From: Eledone cirrhosa
Lineage: Eukaryota
Reading direction: 5' to 3'
NCBI GenBank assembly: GCA_964016885.1
Contig: OZ024749.1
Location: forward strand, 42,842,001 to 42,906,000
Length of the DNA: 64,000 bases
Made by a program: the position numbers and the translations under genes. How positions within the stretch are numbered: position 1 is the first letter of the stretch; the number at the start of each line of letters is the position of its first letter. Shown here in pieces: positions 41,359 to 55,308 of the stretch. Below the pieces are notes generated by a model. That model was not told the DNA's origin. It searched no databases and saw nothing but the letters and a program-made list of their open reading frames with translations.

Positions 41359-41562
41359 TAGGAAAAGAGTTAGGACCCCGACGGCTGAGCTCCGGCTGTT
41401 TCGACAGCTAGATCCAAACAGTTTGGATCTAGCTGTCGAAACGGCCGGAGCTCAGTCATCGGTGTCCTGAATCTTTTCCTATTACCCACTCTACTACCCT
41501 AAGTACCGAGTACTCTGGTGCGTTATGGTCCACCTGGTTTCTTACCACACTTTATTTGTTTT
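41359..41562 (+). mobile_element. Family A palindromic element (subtype with GGATCTAGCTGTC stem)
   Basis: GTTTCGACAGCTAGATCCAAAC-a-GTTTGGATCTAGCTGTCGAAAC centre; standard tail. Confidence 0.85.
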
Positions 41563-42004
41563 ATATATGTATATATATGTTTGTAATACATTCATTCCAA
41601 CTAGAAGATCATGATGTAATAATAAAAAAAAATCACTCGATGTTATGCGTATCATCCATCATTGATGTAGTATCTCATGTTGGTACAGGAATGGAGTGAA
41701 ATACGTCAATGAAAATACAAAAAGACTGGATTCCAATTAAATCCTTTAATATTGCACATAATACGTATATCTGTGACCGGCTTACGTCATCACTACAACG
41801 GACCGGTTAATGGCATAACTTCTTAAAGCATCACAGACGTTAACTGAAATCCAAATTACTATGTATGTGTGTATGTATGAGTGTATGAGAGTGCGTGTGT
41901 TTCAGTGAAGCTGTCTACACTTCTATTAATATATGTGTGTGTATATGTGTTTTCAATTTTGCAATTTTAGCACTAATCTATATCAACACATTAAGGGAAG
42001 AAAC

Positions 42005-42305
42005 GCAGATTTGATCTGGACGGGATTTGAACTCAAATAATTGTTTATACTTTTGTCACAAGGCCAGCAATTATCCCAGTGTATTACTGGTGCTTTATTT
42101 TATCGACTCCGTAAGAATGAAAGGCAGAGTTAACCTCAGCGGGATTTGAACTCAGACAGTAAAGGGACGTAACTATGCTGGAAAGCATGGCGTCTGACGC
42201 TCTACCGATACTGCCAAAGGATGTAAGGATAAAACCTTATGAATTATCGAAGAAATAGGGCTGTAACTCTTTGCTGCAAAGCATGGTGGGATTTGAACTC
42301 AAATA
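42005..42305 (-). mobile_element. SINE family 1 with 45-bp non-SINE 5' extension shared with the 46234 copy
   Basis: AAAGGATGTAAGGATAAAACCTTATGAATTATCGAAGAAATAGG is a near-exact reverse complement of 46234-46277. Confidence 0.8.
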
Positions 42306-42659
42306 AGGCCAATCATTTCCTTCAACACACTGTGGAGTTTGCGCCAATTCGGCGCCACTAATATTAGGATTAAATGTGAAGTAAGAACCATAGATTGTTT
42401 GAAGATGTTTGAAATAGAAGCAACATAAATAATTTCTGGAGTGAGTGTAGCAAAATCCCTCATTAATCCTTAAATAGGAAAGCATTTGCGTTCCAACTCA
42501 AAAGATTAATTGCTAGAATCTAAATTTACACAACATCTAGATCTCTGCTAAAGACATATCAGATATAATTCAGAATATACGATCTCTGTAATGTTAGTTA
42601 TATATCAACTGAGGTTTTGAGAATATCCTACATTACTTACAATCTATTTCTCCTCATTT

Positions 42660-42760
<101 letters not shown>

Positions 42761-43397
42761 CATATACATGTATGTATATATCTAATTAGGCATGTGGCTT
42801 AACTATATATATACACACACTACTATATACATGTATCTATACATGTACATATATATACTCTTTCTCTGTCGGACACACACACACATATGTATATATAGTA
42901 TACATACATATACAGTCACATGTACATACATATTTATACAGAAGATAAAAAAGAAAAATATTTTCCTTAATTCTTTACAAGCAGAAACTTTGCTTGCTTA
43001 ACGAACGACCTTACACACACGCAAACACCCCCCCCTATATATATATATGTGTGTGTGTCTGTGTTTGTATATATATTTTATATATACACATGTGCATAAT
43101 ATATATATGTGTATAATATATAAAAGGTAATATAAGCTTAGGCACTTAAGATTTCAAAAGAGATTAGAAATTCCGATCTATTTCTGTTTAAATCAATCCC
43201 ATAATTTTAAAGACAGCTTCCAAAAAATTAGACAACAACAACAATAACAACAACAAAAACAACAACAGAGAACAAAACCAAATTCTTTTGTTATTTTGTT
43301 ATTTATAAAACCAAAAAGTAAATTACAGTATTTTGAACATAAATGAAAGCGAAAATAAAACAGCTACTGTACATTCTCTATTGAAATTTTATTACTA

Positions 43398-43428
<31 letters not shown>

Positions 43429-43455
43429 TATTATCATTATCATTATTGTTGTTGT

Positions 43456-43507
<52 letters not shown>

Positions 43508-43793
43508 TGCTCTTTCTTCTCTTACAGGCAAACATGAAAGGATTTTCAGGAAGCCATGAATATGTAGCTTATATATTATTTCGTTGTAATGAATTATATT
43601 GGTTTCTTTTCTTCGATTCTCTCTTTTCTGTATTATCTGGAGAATTTCACACACACACAGACAGACAGAATTGGAAAAACTTTGCAATGGAACTTAATTT
43701 TAGATCAACATATTTATAATCCATTTTATAAAGAATAAACGAATAAAACATGACAATAATTATAATAATAAAATCAATATTTATTTTATTACC

Positions 43794-43825
<32 letters not shown>

Positions 43826-45131
43826 TATTGTTATAATTATCATTATCAATGAAACAGTCGTAAGAGCGTCGGACAAAATGTCTTGCGGCGTTTGTTTCAG
43901 TTCGTTATATTCTGAGCTTAAATTTTTATGGCCAGCATCACAATATTTAGAGCAGCTAATTTCATTAGGATGTCAGATTAAACATCTCGTGGTATTTGAT
44001 CCGGCCCTCTGCCTTCTATGTTCAAATCTTACATGCGATTAACTCTTTCCCTTCATTCATTCGGGACCAAATATCCAGGCTGGAGGATTAGAACTGTTAG
44101 AGAAATATCTCCTTCGGCACGTTGCATTTTAAACTGCATGGTCCTTTGCCTTTCCTATGGACAACATCGAACTGGGTGGGCTGGAGACAGGGACTTGCAT
44201 GTTTGGCTGATTGTCGATCTCCCCACAAAATCCCTGCTTAAGCTTGTGCTTGGGGAGATAACTTTTAGGGTCAGATGCATGGTATCACGCGACATCCCCA
44301 AATTGGTAGACCTCTGAATAGAATCATCGTCGAAATTTCAATTCCCATCATTTTCATGAGCTCAAAGCACAAAAGTCATACATACGCACACATAGGTTAC
44401 TCTCCTGCAGCTACAGATATATATATATATGCGTAGCTGGGTCATCATCTTTCCATACCACGGCCCTTAGCAGCTAATGAAGTCACAGGGGTGCCCCGGG
44501 ACATCGTGGACATTTAACCCGGGCGATTTCTTTCAGAGAGAGAGAGAGAGAGAGAGACCAACATGGGAAAGTGAAAGCGAGAAAGAAGGATGATAGGGGA
44601 CGAACAACCAAAGTATTGGCCGGGCACTTATCGATCCCAAAACGATGAAAGGTAAAACCAACCTCGGTGGAGTTTTAAACCCGAATGATAGGCAGCTAGA
44701 AGGAATAACTCAAAGCATTCTATTGGACCTTTTAACGATGGCCCTCACATCACCTTGTGCCTATTCTATAAATCAAAGTAAAGCGAAGAGACCGTTCTGT
44801 ACTTAGAAAGGGTTAATATATGGTATAACGCTGTCCTAGAAATTATCCTAATTCTAGATATTTTGATCTATATATCTTCTTTAACGAGACATATTTAATC
44901 GTAGCCATGTTTTTAAAAGAAAAGAACTGAATCAAATATAAAAATAACACGCGGTTTATTTTAATGTCAACCGCAACGTCCGCCAGACAGATTGTAAATC
45001 ACTAAGTTGCTCATGTTTTTAAATCATTATTGGATCTCACACTAGAATAACATATTTGGATTAGTGTTGAAATGGCGAGAGAGAGAGATGGAAACAGAGA
45101 GAGATGGAAAGAGAGAAAGAGAAAGAGAGAG

Positions 45132-45166
<35 letters not shown>

Positions 45167-45960
45167 AAAGGGGAAAGAAAGAGAGATTGAGAGAGAGAGA
45201 GAAAGATATATACACATATATAGAGAGAGAGAGAAAGAGAGAAATAGAAAGAGAGAGAAAAGGACAGAGAGAGAGAGAGAGAGAAAGAAAGAGAAAGAGA
45301 GAGAAAGAGAAAAAACAAGGAGAATAAAAGAAGGCATTAAAAACTTCCGTCATTAAGCATGAAGACCTAATTAGCTTAAGAGGTTAATTCCATTTCGGAT
45401 TAATAGTACCTTACCAGAATATATTTGATATGTGGAGATCGTGCGAGTTGTAACATGAAAGCTGTCAAAAAATAGCAACAGCGTCATTTAAACGTGATAA
45501 TGGTTTATACCATTGATAGAATGTAACACATATATATGTGTGTCAGTTTGTGTATGTGAGTGTAAATGTGTAAGTGTGTCAGTGTGTGTGTAAGTGTGTG
45601 TAGGTGTGTGTGTGTAAGTGTGTATGTATGTAAGTGTGTGGGTGGGTGTCAGTGTATGCGTAAATGTGTATGTGTAAGTGTGTGTGTGTCTCAGTAAGTG
45701 TGTGTGTGTGTGTGTAAGTGCGTGTATGTGTGTCAGTGTGTATGTGTGTGTGTGTATGTATGTATGTGTATATGTATGCACGTACGTGTGTACGTATGCA
45801 TGTATGTACGTGTGTATGTATGCGTATATGTATGCGTATATGTACGTGTATGCATATACTCACGTATATATAATGTCAAAGTATAATAAATAGTTAAGAA
45901 TATGGAGTATATATACATCAACTCTTCCCCTGAGTATATTTCTCACACCACACGACTGAC

Positions 45961-46233
45961 GAGTATCTTTATTTAAATTGAAGTTTGAAAATCCGAGAAT
46001 CCTACTTGCAGAAAGGAACTGTAACAGAAATCGATTACTTTTGATAACATATTTTAGAAAATTGGGGAAAATAATATTTTTATAGACGGTAAAACGTCGT
46101 CAGGCGTCTCTGGTCATTTTTTCTGTCTCAAAAATTTATTTATCCAATTTTCTCAAATATTTCCTAAAGTGGTGGTTTGTTAGAAAAATATTCTGTTTGG
46201 GATTCTCACATTATCCCATTTGAGAAGATGACT
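45961..46233. mobile_element. Old fold-back/MITE-like palindrome
   Basis: GAGAATCC..ATATTTTAGAAAATTGG..AGACGG versus CTGTCT..CCAATTTTCTCAAATAT..GGATTCTC. Confidence 0.55.
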
Positions 46234-46735
46234 CCTATCTCTTCGATAATTCATAAGGTTTTATCCTTACATCCTTTGGCAGTATCGGTAGAGCGTCAGA
46301 CGCCATGCTTTCCAGCATAGTTACGTCACTTTACTGTCTGAGTTCAAATCCCGTCGCGGTTAACTTTGCCTTTCATCCTTACGGGGTCGATAAAATAAAG
46401 TACCAGTAATGCACTGGAAATAATTGCTGGCCTTGTGCCAACAGTAGAAACAATTATTACGGGGTCGATGGTGGTAGATTGGCAGTATCGGTAGCGGGTC
46501 TGACGCCATGCTTTCCCGCACAGAGTTACGTGCCTTAACGATCTGAGTTCAAATCACGCCGAGGTTAACTTTGCCTTTCATCCTTACGGGGTCGATAAAA
46601 TAAAGTACCAGTAATGCACTTGGATAATTGCTGGCCTTGTGCCAAAAATAGAAACAATTATTGCGGGGTCAATAAATAAAGAGACAGTATAGTAATGCAC
46701 TGCTCGCCTTGTACCTAAATCAGAAGTAATTATTA
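46234..46735 (+). mobile_element. SINE family 1, two tandem copies plus partial tail
   Basis: Core and tail twice. Confidence 0.85.
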
Positions 46736-47185
46736 ATATTGTTTCGTATCATTAGGGTACACGATAGATCAGAGCTGACAAGTGTATCTGTAGTGTGAGT
46801 ATGTCTGTGTGTACATGTGTATGTGCGAATGTTGGGGGTTTAGGTTTGACGTAATACGACCCTAATACTATTGTATATATATATATATATAAACCTTGAA
46901 ATTGATCAAAACAGAAAACAGAAAACAAAACATTTACGAAGAAGAGAATAGAAGAAAAACAAAAGAAACGAAGAATAAATAATAAATACACAAGAAAATA
47001 AAATAAAAATGGCGGAAAGAACCTTTTTAAAACTGGTAAAAATATGAAAGAAATCAACAACTAACTACTGAACTAATTGGAGAGAAAGATTCGGGGAGTG
47101 GGAGGAGGATAATAAAGACTTCTAGTAGGAATAAAGGAATGACTATGTAGGAAAAAAAAAACACACAGAAGACAAACATGGAACA

Positions 47186-47228
<43 letters not shown>

Positions 47229-47690
47229 ACATACATACATATATACATACACATACATATATACACATACACATATATATATATATATATACATATAACT
47301 AGATATATACATATATACACACATACATACATGTATGTATATATATATGTATATACATATATATAACTAGATATATACATATATATATATACACACACAC
47401 ACATACATACATACATACATACATACATACATACATACATTTACATATATATATATACATACATACCCAAAACACTTAAAATATACAAAAAAACAAGAGA
47501 GCTTTATTTTCAGTGCGTTTCGAGATCCTACTCTGCGCAATGTTGTAGCAAGCAATTCTTCTGACATGGAAATTTGAAAGAAAATTTGCCTTTTCTTTCT
47601 CTTTCTTTTCTTTATTATGATTTTAACTTTTTTTGGCAACGCTATTCATTCATTCATTCATGAATCTTGTCATTCAAACACACACATACG

Positions 47691-47749
<59 letters not shown>

Positions 47750-47958
47750 CATGAGAAGAAAGAAGAATACTGCGTGGTTGCACATGGGTTACATATGATA
47801 AAATTAGTCCCTAGTCAGTGATTTGCCAACCATCAATGGTATTTCATCGCATTAAAAATCATATACCTCAGGTTGGTGCGAGCAATAACTAAAAAAAGCT
47901 ATTGGGACAAGTAAATCGCGTAAAGCGAGTGAGACAAGTAAACAACATAGAAGGATAA

Positions 47959-47989
<31 letters not shown>

Positions 47990-48052
47990 TATGACCCCAA
48001 CACAGAGACTCAAACACAGAAACACCCACGCGCGCATGCATACACAGACACA

Positions 48053-48120
<68 letters not shown>

Positions 48121-48274
48121 ATGTATGTGTGTGTGTGTGTGCGTGTGGCTGTTTGGGTGTGAGTCTGTGTATATATATATATGTATGCGTGTGGTTGTTT
48201 CTGTGTGTGCGTATATATATATATATATATATATACACAGACACCAACACAGACTCAGACAGAGAAACACCCAG

Positions 48275-48346
<72 letters not shown>

Positions 48347-49023
48347 CATTAACACCGAAACTCAAACATAGCCACGCACGCGCACACACACACAGCACAC
48401 ATACAGACACGAACACAGAGACACCAACACAGACTCAAACACATACATACATACATACATACATACATACATACATACATACATACATACACAGACTAAT
48501 GTAATCACATTACTACTAGACTTCTAAGCGCCATTCACTTACAACCCCAATTCCAACGCACGCATGGAAAAACACAATCGTACAGAGAAAAGAATTGGAA
48601 GCGGTACATCGCAGAATGAATATAGACAAAAAGTAAAGAACAAAAGCCAGTAATAGTATATAAAAATAATAATAAAAATGTGCCTTATTTTTACTAGCTC
48701 AGAGCAGTTTGCTGCAATTCGATTTCAAATCACTTGCTGCTTAACACATATTTCGTTAAAGAGACCACGTTCAGGGTGATGTTGGATGTGAAATAGTGTG
48801 GGAGAAGGTTGTAGCAATGTGATTGTGTATTGTTAAATTTATTTCTGCTCTTTATATATTTATTTATGTATTTATTTCCTATCATTCATATATGCTTCTT
48901 CATATTTAGAAAAATTTCACTCCTCTATGCAGCCAAATGTATCCCCTCTATTCAGCCGAAAGCACTATGTGCATGCAGAGACATGTTTCGATATGAAATG
49001 TATGTCTGTATGTATGCATGTGC

Positions 49024-49066
<43 letters not shown>

Positions 49067-49109
49067 GAAAAAGAACACAAGAGCGTCTGCAACATCAAAA
49101 GAGTTTTAT

Positions 49110-49160
49110 TGGCTAACAATGTTTCTTCCTTACGTGTAACCGTAGGATTCATCAGAGCTA
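49110..49160 (-). ncRNA. Type I hammerhead motif in PLE pLTR-like insert (49066-49200)
   Basis: Minus strand TAGCT-CTGATGA-A-TCCTACG gttaca CGTAAGGA-A-GAAAC att GTT-AGCCA, overlapping AATAAA; (TA)n on both sides. Confidence 0.75.
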
Positions 49161-49219
49161 TAAAAGGGGTTTGATTGGTGTTATGGACTCTACCAACCAA
49201 TATATATATATATATATAT

Positions 49220-49340
49220 AACCAAATCATATATTTTGTCTGATGAAAACGTATTAAACACCATTGTACCTTTAAAATATGTATAATAAAATATATATTT
49301 TGATTATGAGATTATTTTTCATTTATTAACATTTTGAATA
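49220..49340 (+). mobile_element. Decayed pLTR/HHR relative of the 58.6-59.1 kb element
   Basis: ATATATTTTGT-CTGATGA ... AAAATATGTATA-ATAAAATATAT; stem I intact, G12 and stem II decayed. Confidence 0.5.
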
Positions 49341-49478
49341 TATATATATATATATGAGAGAGAAAGAGAGAGACTATATATATGAGAGAGAGAGAGAGAG
49401 ACTATATATATGAGAGAGAAAGAGAGAGACTATATATATGAGAGAGAGAGACTATATATATGAGAGAGAGAGAGAGAC

Positions 49479-49561
<83 letters not shown>

Positions 49562-49611
49562 ATATGTATGGGAAAAGTAAACAAGTTAATGAAAAATTTA
49601 CCAATTTACTA

Positions 49612-49658
<47 letters not shown>

Positions 49659-49661
<3 letters not shown>

Positions 49662-49754
49662 AGAGTCAGGACCCCGACGGCTGAGCTCCTCCGGTCGTTT
49701 CGACAGCTAGATCTAGCTGTTGAAACGGCCGGAGCTCAGCCGTCGGGGTCCTGA

Positions 49755-49760
<6 letters not shown>
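49659..49760. mobile_element. Family A, short symmetric palindrome
   Basis: GAGTCAGGACCCCGACGGCTGAGCTCC...GGAGCTCAGCCGTCGGGGTCCTGACTC. Confidence 0.85.
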
Positions 49761-49789
<29 letters not shown>

Positions 49790-49790
49790 A

Positions 49791-49837
<47 letters not shown>

Positions 49838-50139
49838 TGTGTACATCGGTTTTTCATCTTTTAGAACCAGAATAAGTTGTTTTTTGCTAAAAATACAGCT
49901 GACATTGTCATATTTGATTGATCATCGTCTGTTCAATAATTATTATTTCTTTCATGATATTTTTCTTATATGAAGAAAACATTATTATCGTTACATTAGT
50001 AACACTACAAATAACTTAAAGAATAACATCTACACATTAAAATATAAAACAAGGCCAACATGATTTAGAATAATTATTCACTTTTCTTCTGCACACAGAA
50101 AATATTTGTGTTTTTAACTTTTTTTTCTCAATAAGTAAT

Positions 50140-50472
50140 ATGCGACGAATTGACAGTCGTTAGAACGTTCGAGATAATGCTTTACGATATTCGTTTCGGT
50201 TCTCTGATCTCTGAGTTCAAATCCAGCCGACGTCAACTTTGCCTTTCATCCATTCCAGGACGATAAAAAAATTACCAGTGAAGTACTGGGGCTGATTCTT
50301 CCTCAATATCTCTTTCTCACTTCCATTCTCTCACTCGCTATCCTTCTCTAGAAAAAAAAAAAATCTGCTGTATTCTGACCTAGAGGGTAGATGGGCGCTG
50401 CCATGTTTAAAAAGATTCCCTAGAAATGCTGCATGTCAATATGGCGCCCTTACGACTCACTCACGAGTTACG
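50140..50472 (+). mobile_element. SINE family 1 head with alternative 3' module (second copy)
   Basis: Homologous to 15080-15412. Confidence 0.7.
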
Positions 50473-51264
50473 GTAAAGAGAGGAACTATGTGTAAACCTA
50501 TGCAAGTCCTTCCTCCAGCTCTCTTTCAATGTGTGTGTGTGTGTGTGTGCGTGTGTATGTGCGTGTGTATGTGCAGTGTACGTATATTTGTGACAGTGTT
50601 AGTATTAATTTCTAACATAGGTAACAAAATCAACAAATTTGGAGTCAGTGGTAGGGCAAAATTAATTAAATCAATCCCATGTACTTGACTTGTAATCCAT
50701 GTTATTGACATCGGAAAGAAGAAAGACAAAAGTGATCTCGGCCGGACAATAATTCAGAATATAAATAGCCAGACCAAATACCCAAAATGCGACACTCTAC
50801 GAATTCCGCCAAACACCCACACTTTGGCAGTTTTAAGTATTAACACTTTCTTTTAATGACAGGTGTTTTTTTATACTCTTTTACTATATGTCCACTTTAA
50901 ATTAATTCAACAAATACAGAACGATAAGCTGAGTGTAATAAGAACAAGAGTTGTTATGATCAACTAAAAACCTTGATGTTGTTCAACCATTATTTAAATT
51001 AACCTTAGATTAACCTAAAATAATTAACGGAGTTAATTATTTAATTAATATTTGAATAATTAGCTAGTGGACACAGAGGTGGCAAGATAATGAATCTAGT
51101 AGTCTCATTGAAATTTAGGACAATTATCGTTGTTCTAACCTCAGGTCGACCGAAGCTTTGTCAATAAAATTAGTTAGACCGAAATTGGGTAGAAGATCAG
51201 CGCATAGGTTGTACCTGTAATTGAAGGGTACAGGTATATCACAGTATCATACTGATTACGTTAA

Positions 51265-52320
51265 TAATTGTTTCTAGTATAGGCACCAGGTCAGCAATTA
51301 TCCCAGTGTATTACTGGTACTTTATTTTATCGACCCCGTAAGAATGAAAAGCAAAGTTAACCTCGGCGGGATTTGAACTCAGAATGGCAAGGGCCGTAAC
51401 TCTTTGCTGCAAAGCATGACGCCAGATCCTCTACGGATACTGCCATCCACCGCCCTGATTACGTTAATAATGGTTTCTAGTATAAGCACAAGGCCAACAA
51501 TTTCGACAGAAGGAAAAGTCGATTAAATCGACTCCAGTGTATTACTGGTACTTTATTTCATTGACCCTGTAAGGAGGAAAGGCAAAGCAACGTCGACGGG
51601 ATTTGAAATCAGAACGTAGATGGCCATGACCCTGACTATGCCACGAAGCATGGTGTCCGACGCTCTACCGATACTGTCAATCTACCGCCCTAATAATTAT
51701 GATGATGATGTTGATAATACTGATAATGGTTGTTTCTTTTTGGACACGGAGGCCAGCGATTTTGGGGTGAGGGGGAAAGTTGATTAAATCGAACTTAGCG
51801 CATTACTGGTACTTTACTATATTGACTCCGTAAGGATGAAAGGCAAAGCAAACCTCGGCGAGATATAAGCTCAGAACTTAAAGGGACGTAACTAGATGCT
51901 GCAAATGTTGTCCGATGTTGCCGGATGCTCTACCGATACTGCCAATCCACCTTATTACGTTAACAATATAAGTGTCTGAGACATTGTCAGCCACTTTCCA
52001 CATTATATTACGCTTATTAAGCAAGGAAAATAAACTAAGTTGAAGCACACAAGTGGAATACTCAGCCACTTAGACGTGAAATTAATAACACAGGCGTTCT
52101 TTTGATCGAAAATCTCAATACTTAATGTCGAAACCGACGGAGGATCTCATCAAATAATTGTTTCTATTTTTGGCACAAGGCCAGCATTATCCCAGTACAT
52201 TACTGGTACTTTATTTCATCGACCCTGTAAGGATGAAAGGCAAAGATAACCTCGGTGGGACTTGAACTCAGAATGGCAAGGGTATGGTGTCCGACCCTCT
52301 ACCGATACTGCCAATTCACC
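51265..52320 (-). mobile_element. SINE family 1 array (4 copies)
   Basis: Reverse copies; junction ATTACGTTAA recurs at about 51255, 51458 and 51954. Confidence 0.85.
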
Positions 52321-52384
52321 ATCAAATAATTAAGATAAATAATTTTTTTCAGGTTTATCGACCTGGTTTATCATCTAGCTATAC

Positions 52385-52448
<64 letters not shown>

Positions 52449-52883
52449 TGTTGAAAATCGCTGACTATATATCTTATCTATATTTGTTAAGAGTGTAATG
52501 AGTACAAGTCACTCAGATGTTTTATGCCGTTCATGTTCAAACATGCTGTGTATATAGACTACACAATACATATGACATGTTGCTATAGTCAATAGTCACG
52601 AGTAATACTACACCCATATTGTCATACTGTTATTTATATATATATATATGTGGACAGAAAAATCTAAGAGATGAATGGATGCTAAAACAAAGGAAAGCTA
52701 TAGTAATGAGATCTATTTATCCGACTCTCTATCTCTCTCTCCCTCTCCCTCATATATAAGATGAATAGGAGTGAATAAAATCACTCGCTTTTTACCAAAT
52801 CCGATAAAGCTCAATGTATTAATTGGTTATCGAAGAAGCATGATCATTTTAATTCAAGTGAAAAACCAGTTTATCAATTGAAT

Positions 52884-52962
<79 letters not shown>

Positions 52963-52966
<4 letters not shown>

Positions 52967-53162
52967 GTAATTCCGTAGAAAAATCAAAGGAAAGAAGAGT
53001 GCTCTATGTATAATACAGAGCTATTTAATTCGAAAGGGAACAACACAATATATAACTACTCCATTACCAAAGGTTTCAGGACCCTAGACAATATTAATGC
53101 ATGTCTAGGGTCCCTGAAACCTTTGGTAATGGAGTAGTTATATATTGTGTTGTTCACTTTCT
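52963..53162 (-). mobile_element. Palindromic (TA)n insert with half-HHR (family D)
   Basis: ~59-bp arms (53032-53161) around ATATTAATGCA; arm reads TGTCTAGGGTCCCT-GAAACC ttt GGTA-ATGGAG; long arm extends to (TA)n at left. Confidence 0.75.
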
Positions 53163-53174
53163 AATCTATCTATC

Positions 53175-53345
53175 TATTTCGGGGTATGTGTTACCCATAT
53201 GAAATGTCTCCCCTTATTGGGGAAAATCGACTCATTTTTAAATTACATTTGTGATAATATTTTACACGTTTTTATTGTATGTAAACTTCCCCCTTTGGAT
53301 TTGTGCCCTTCTTTTGTGCCCCTGTGGCTAATAAAGAAACATATC
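53175..53345 (+). mobile_element. LINE (Tx1/L1-like) 3' end
   Basis: TGTAAACTTCCCCCTTTGGATTTGTGCCC...GGCTAATAAAGAAAC followed by (ATCT)n tail. Confidence 0.45.
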
Positions 53346-53366
53346 TATCTATCTATCTATCTATCT

Positions 53367-53406
<40 letters not shown>

Positions 53407-53454
53407 CAAACGTTTCAGGATGAAGGTAATGTTATATTTATATATAGATGTAAG

Positions 53455-53705
53455 AAAATCTCAGGAGAGCTGGACAGCGGAGGGTCCCTAGAGAAGAAAC
53501 CAATCTCTAGCAAGTGTTTCAGCCCTTAACGTATTACGCTCTAAGGGGACCGGGTCGTATCCAGCTCATGACTCCTGGGTGCCCTTCTGCTGACAAGATC
53601 TAGCTGGAACTCCTCCTCCTTTGCTTTCAACCTTATATCAAAACGGTTTCTTGAGTTTGGAAATACAACGTTGGTAGACATGGTAGAGGTGAGACCTCAA
53701 CAGCA
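53455..53705 (+). mobile_element. Decayed RTE-like LINE fragment
   Basis: Structured GC-richer segment, then VWKYNVGRHGRGE, similar to the RTE endonuclease motif WKGVIGRHGxG. Confidence 0.35.
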
Positions 53706-54062
53706 TATATCAGCACGTGTAAAAAATATATTTAACAAAGGAAAATGAAAACTTGATGGGTGAGATGATTGCCGATGAAATATCAAGAGAATAAGTATGA
53801 TTAAATGTGGAAACATATACCAACATAGATACACAAACACACACATAGCTCGTTATTGAGAAAGAGGGGATGAGGACGGGGAAATGGAATTAATAAATAA
53901 TTAATTATAATAGAAGTATGGTGCTCAATAAATGATCTGTGTTTGTTGCCAAAAAAATTGGAAATACTCCATACTAGAAACAGTTTCATCATAGTAAAAT
54001 ACGCATTGATGACCTAGGTTTCTCTGAGAACTGCAACTGTTTTATGACTGCGACATAATACC

Positions 54063-54095
<33 letters not shown>

Positions 54096-54679
54096 ATATT
54101 ATATAATATAATATATATATTTCATTTTTGGCGTCAGTATATTCAGCTATAACATCTTAATTTATTATCCTGCTCGTGTAATTAACGTGTACCTGGCTGA
54201 GCATTCCACACATATAAGTATATCCTTAACGTAATTCTCAGGTAGATTAACCGTGACATTATGTGACAAAGCTGTAATCAAGTATAGTCCAGGTTTATGG
54301 GAACCAAAGAAAATGGTAAATTTCCGACGGTGTTTAAGGCCATATTCATTCAAGAAATAAACCAGGAAAAACATAGGAAAAAAATTAAAAATTCTCATTA
54401 AACCCATTAAAAACAAAATTGCATTACACTTGTCTTCAAGATGGGTGTAATAATAAAAAATTCCAAGAAAGGACGTTATCTACAGTGCGTAGTTTTGTCC
54501 GGAAGATTACATAAGAGTGGTTTCCACTAAAAGAAAAAAAAAGGCGAGGTGTTGGTTTTATTCAGTCCGACAAACTATATTAATTCTCGCCATAAAAACT
54601 AGGAGCAAACTCTTCTATAAGCTACTATACAGTATTAACTAAGCAAATTTGACAACAATTCATTATTTCACTCGAGGTT

Positions 54680-54864
54680 GGGCGGTGGATTGGCAGTATC
54701 GGTAGAGGGTCGGACGCCATGCTTTCCAGCATAGTTACGTCCCTTTACGATCTGAGTTCAAATCCCGCCGAGGTTGACCTTGCCTTTCATCCTTACGGGG
54801 TCGATAAAATAAAGTACCAGTAATGCACTGGATAATTGCTGGCCTTGTGCCTAAAGTAGAAACA
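54680..54864 (+). mobile_element. Young full-length SINE family 1 with 18-bp TSD
   Basis: ATTATTTCACTCGAGGTT at 54662-54679 and 54865-54882. Confidence 0.9.
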
Positions 54865-55127
54865 ATTATTTCACTCGAGGTTATGATAAAAGTCATTGAT
54901 TCATGTTGCTATATACTTTAGAACCAGACGTCTTAAACCACTCAACTTTTCTTTTGGTTTATTCAAGCAGATCAATGTAATTCACAGTGATATTAACAAT
55001 TGATCACTTACCCAAGTAGTGTGATCGAAACCGCAACAGTGTAGCTTTGAAGCACTCGTCTTAAATTATATAGTGATATTCAATAGCTTCTTTTCATCTA
55101 TTTCTGTAGAACAGTATATTTCACATT

Positions 55128-55308
55128 AATTGTTTTTACTTTTGGCACAAGGCCAGCAATTATCCCAGTGCATTACTGGTACTTTATTTTATCGACCTCG
55201 AAAAGATGAAAGGCAAAGTTGACCTCGGCGGGATTTGAACTCCGAGCGCAGGATGGTATACCGTAAAGCGTTCTATCCGACGTTCTAACGATTCTGCTAA
55301 TTCGCCGC
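55128..55308 (-). mobile_element. SINE family 1
   Basis: Full-length reverse copy about 260 bp from the 54680 copy. Confidence 0.85.
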
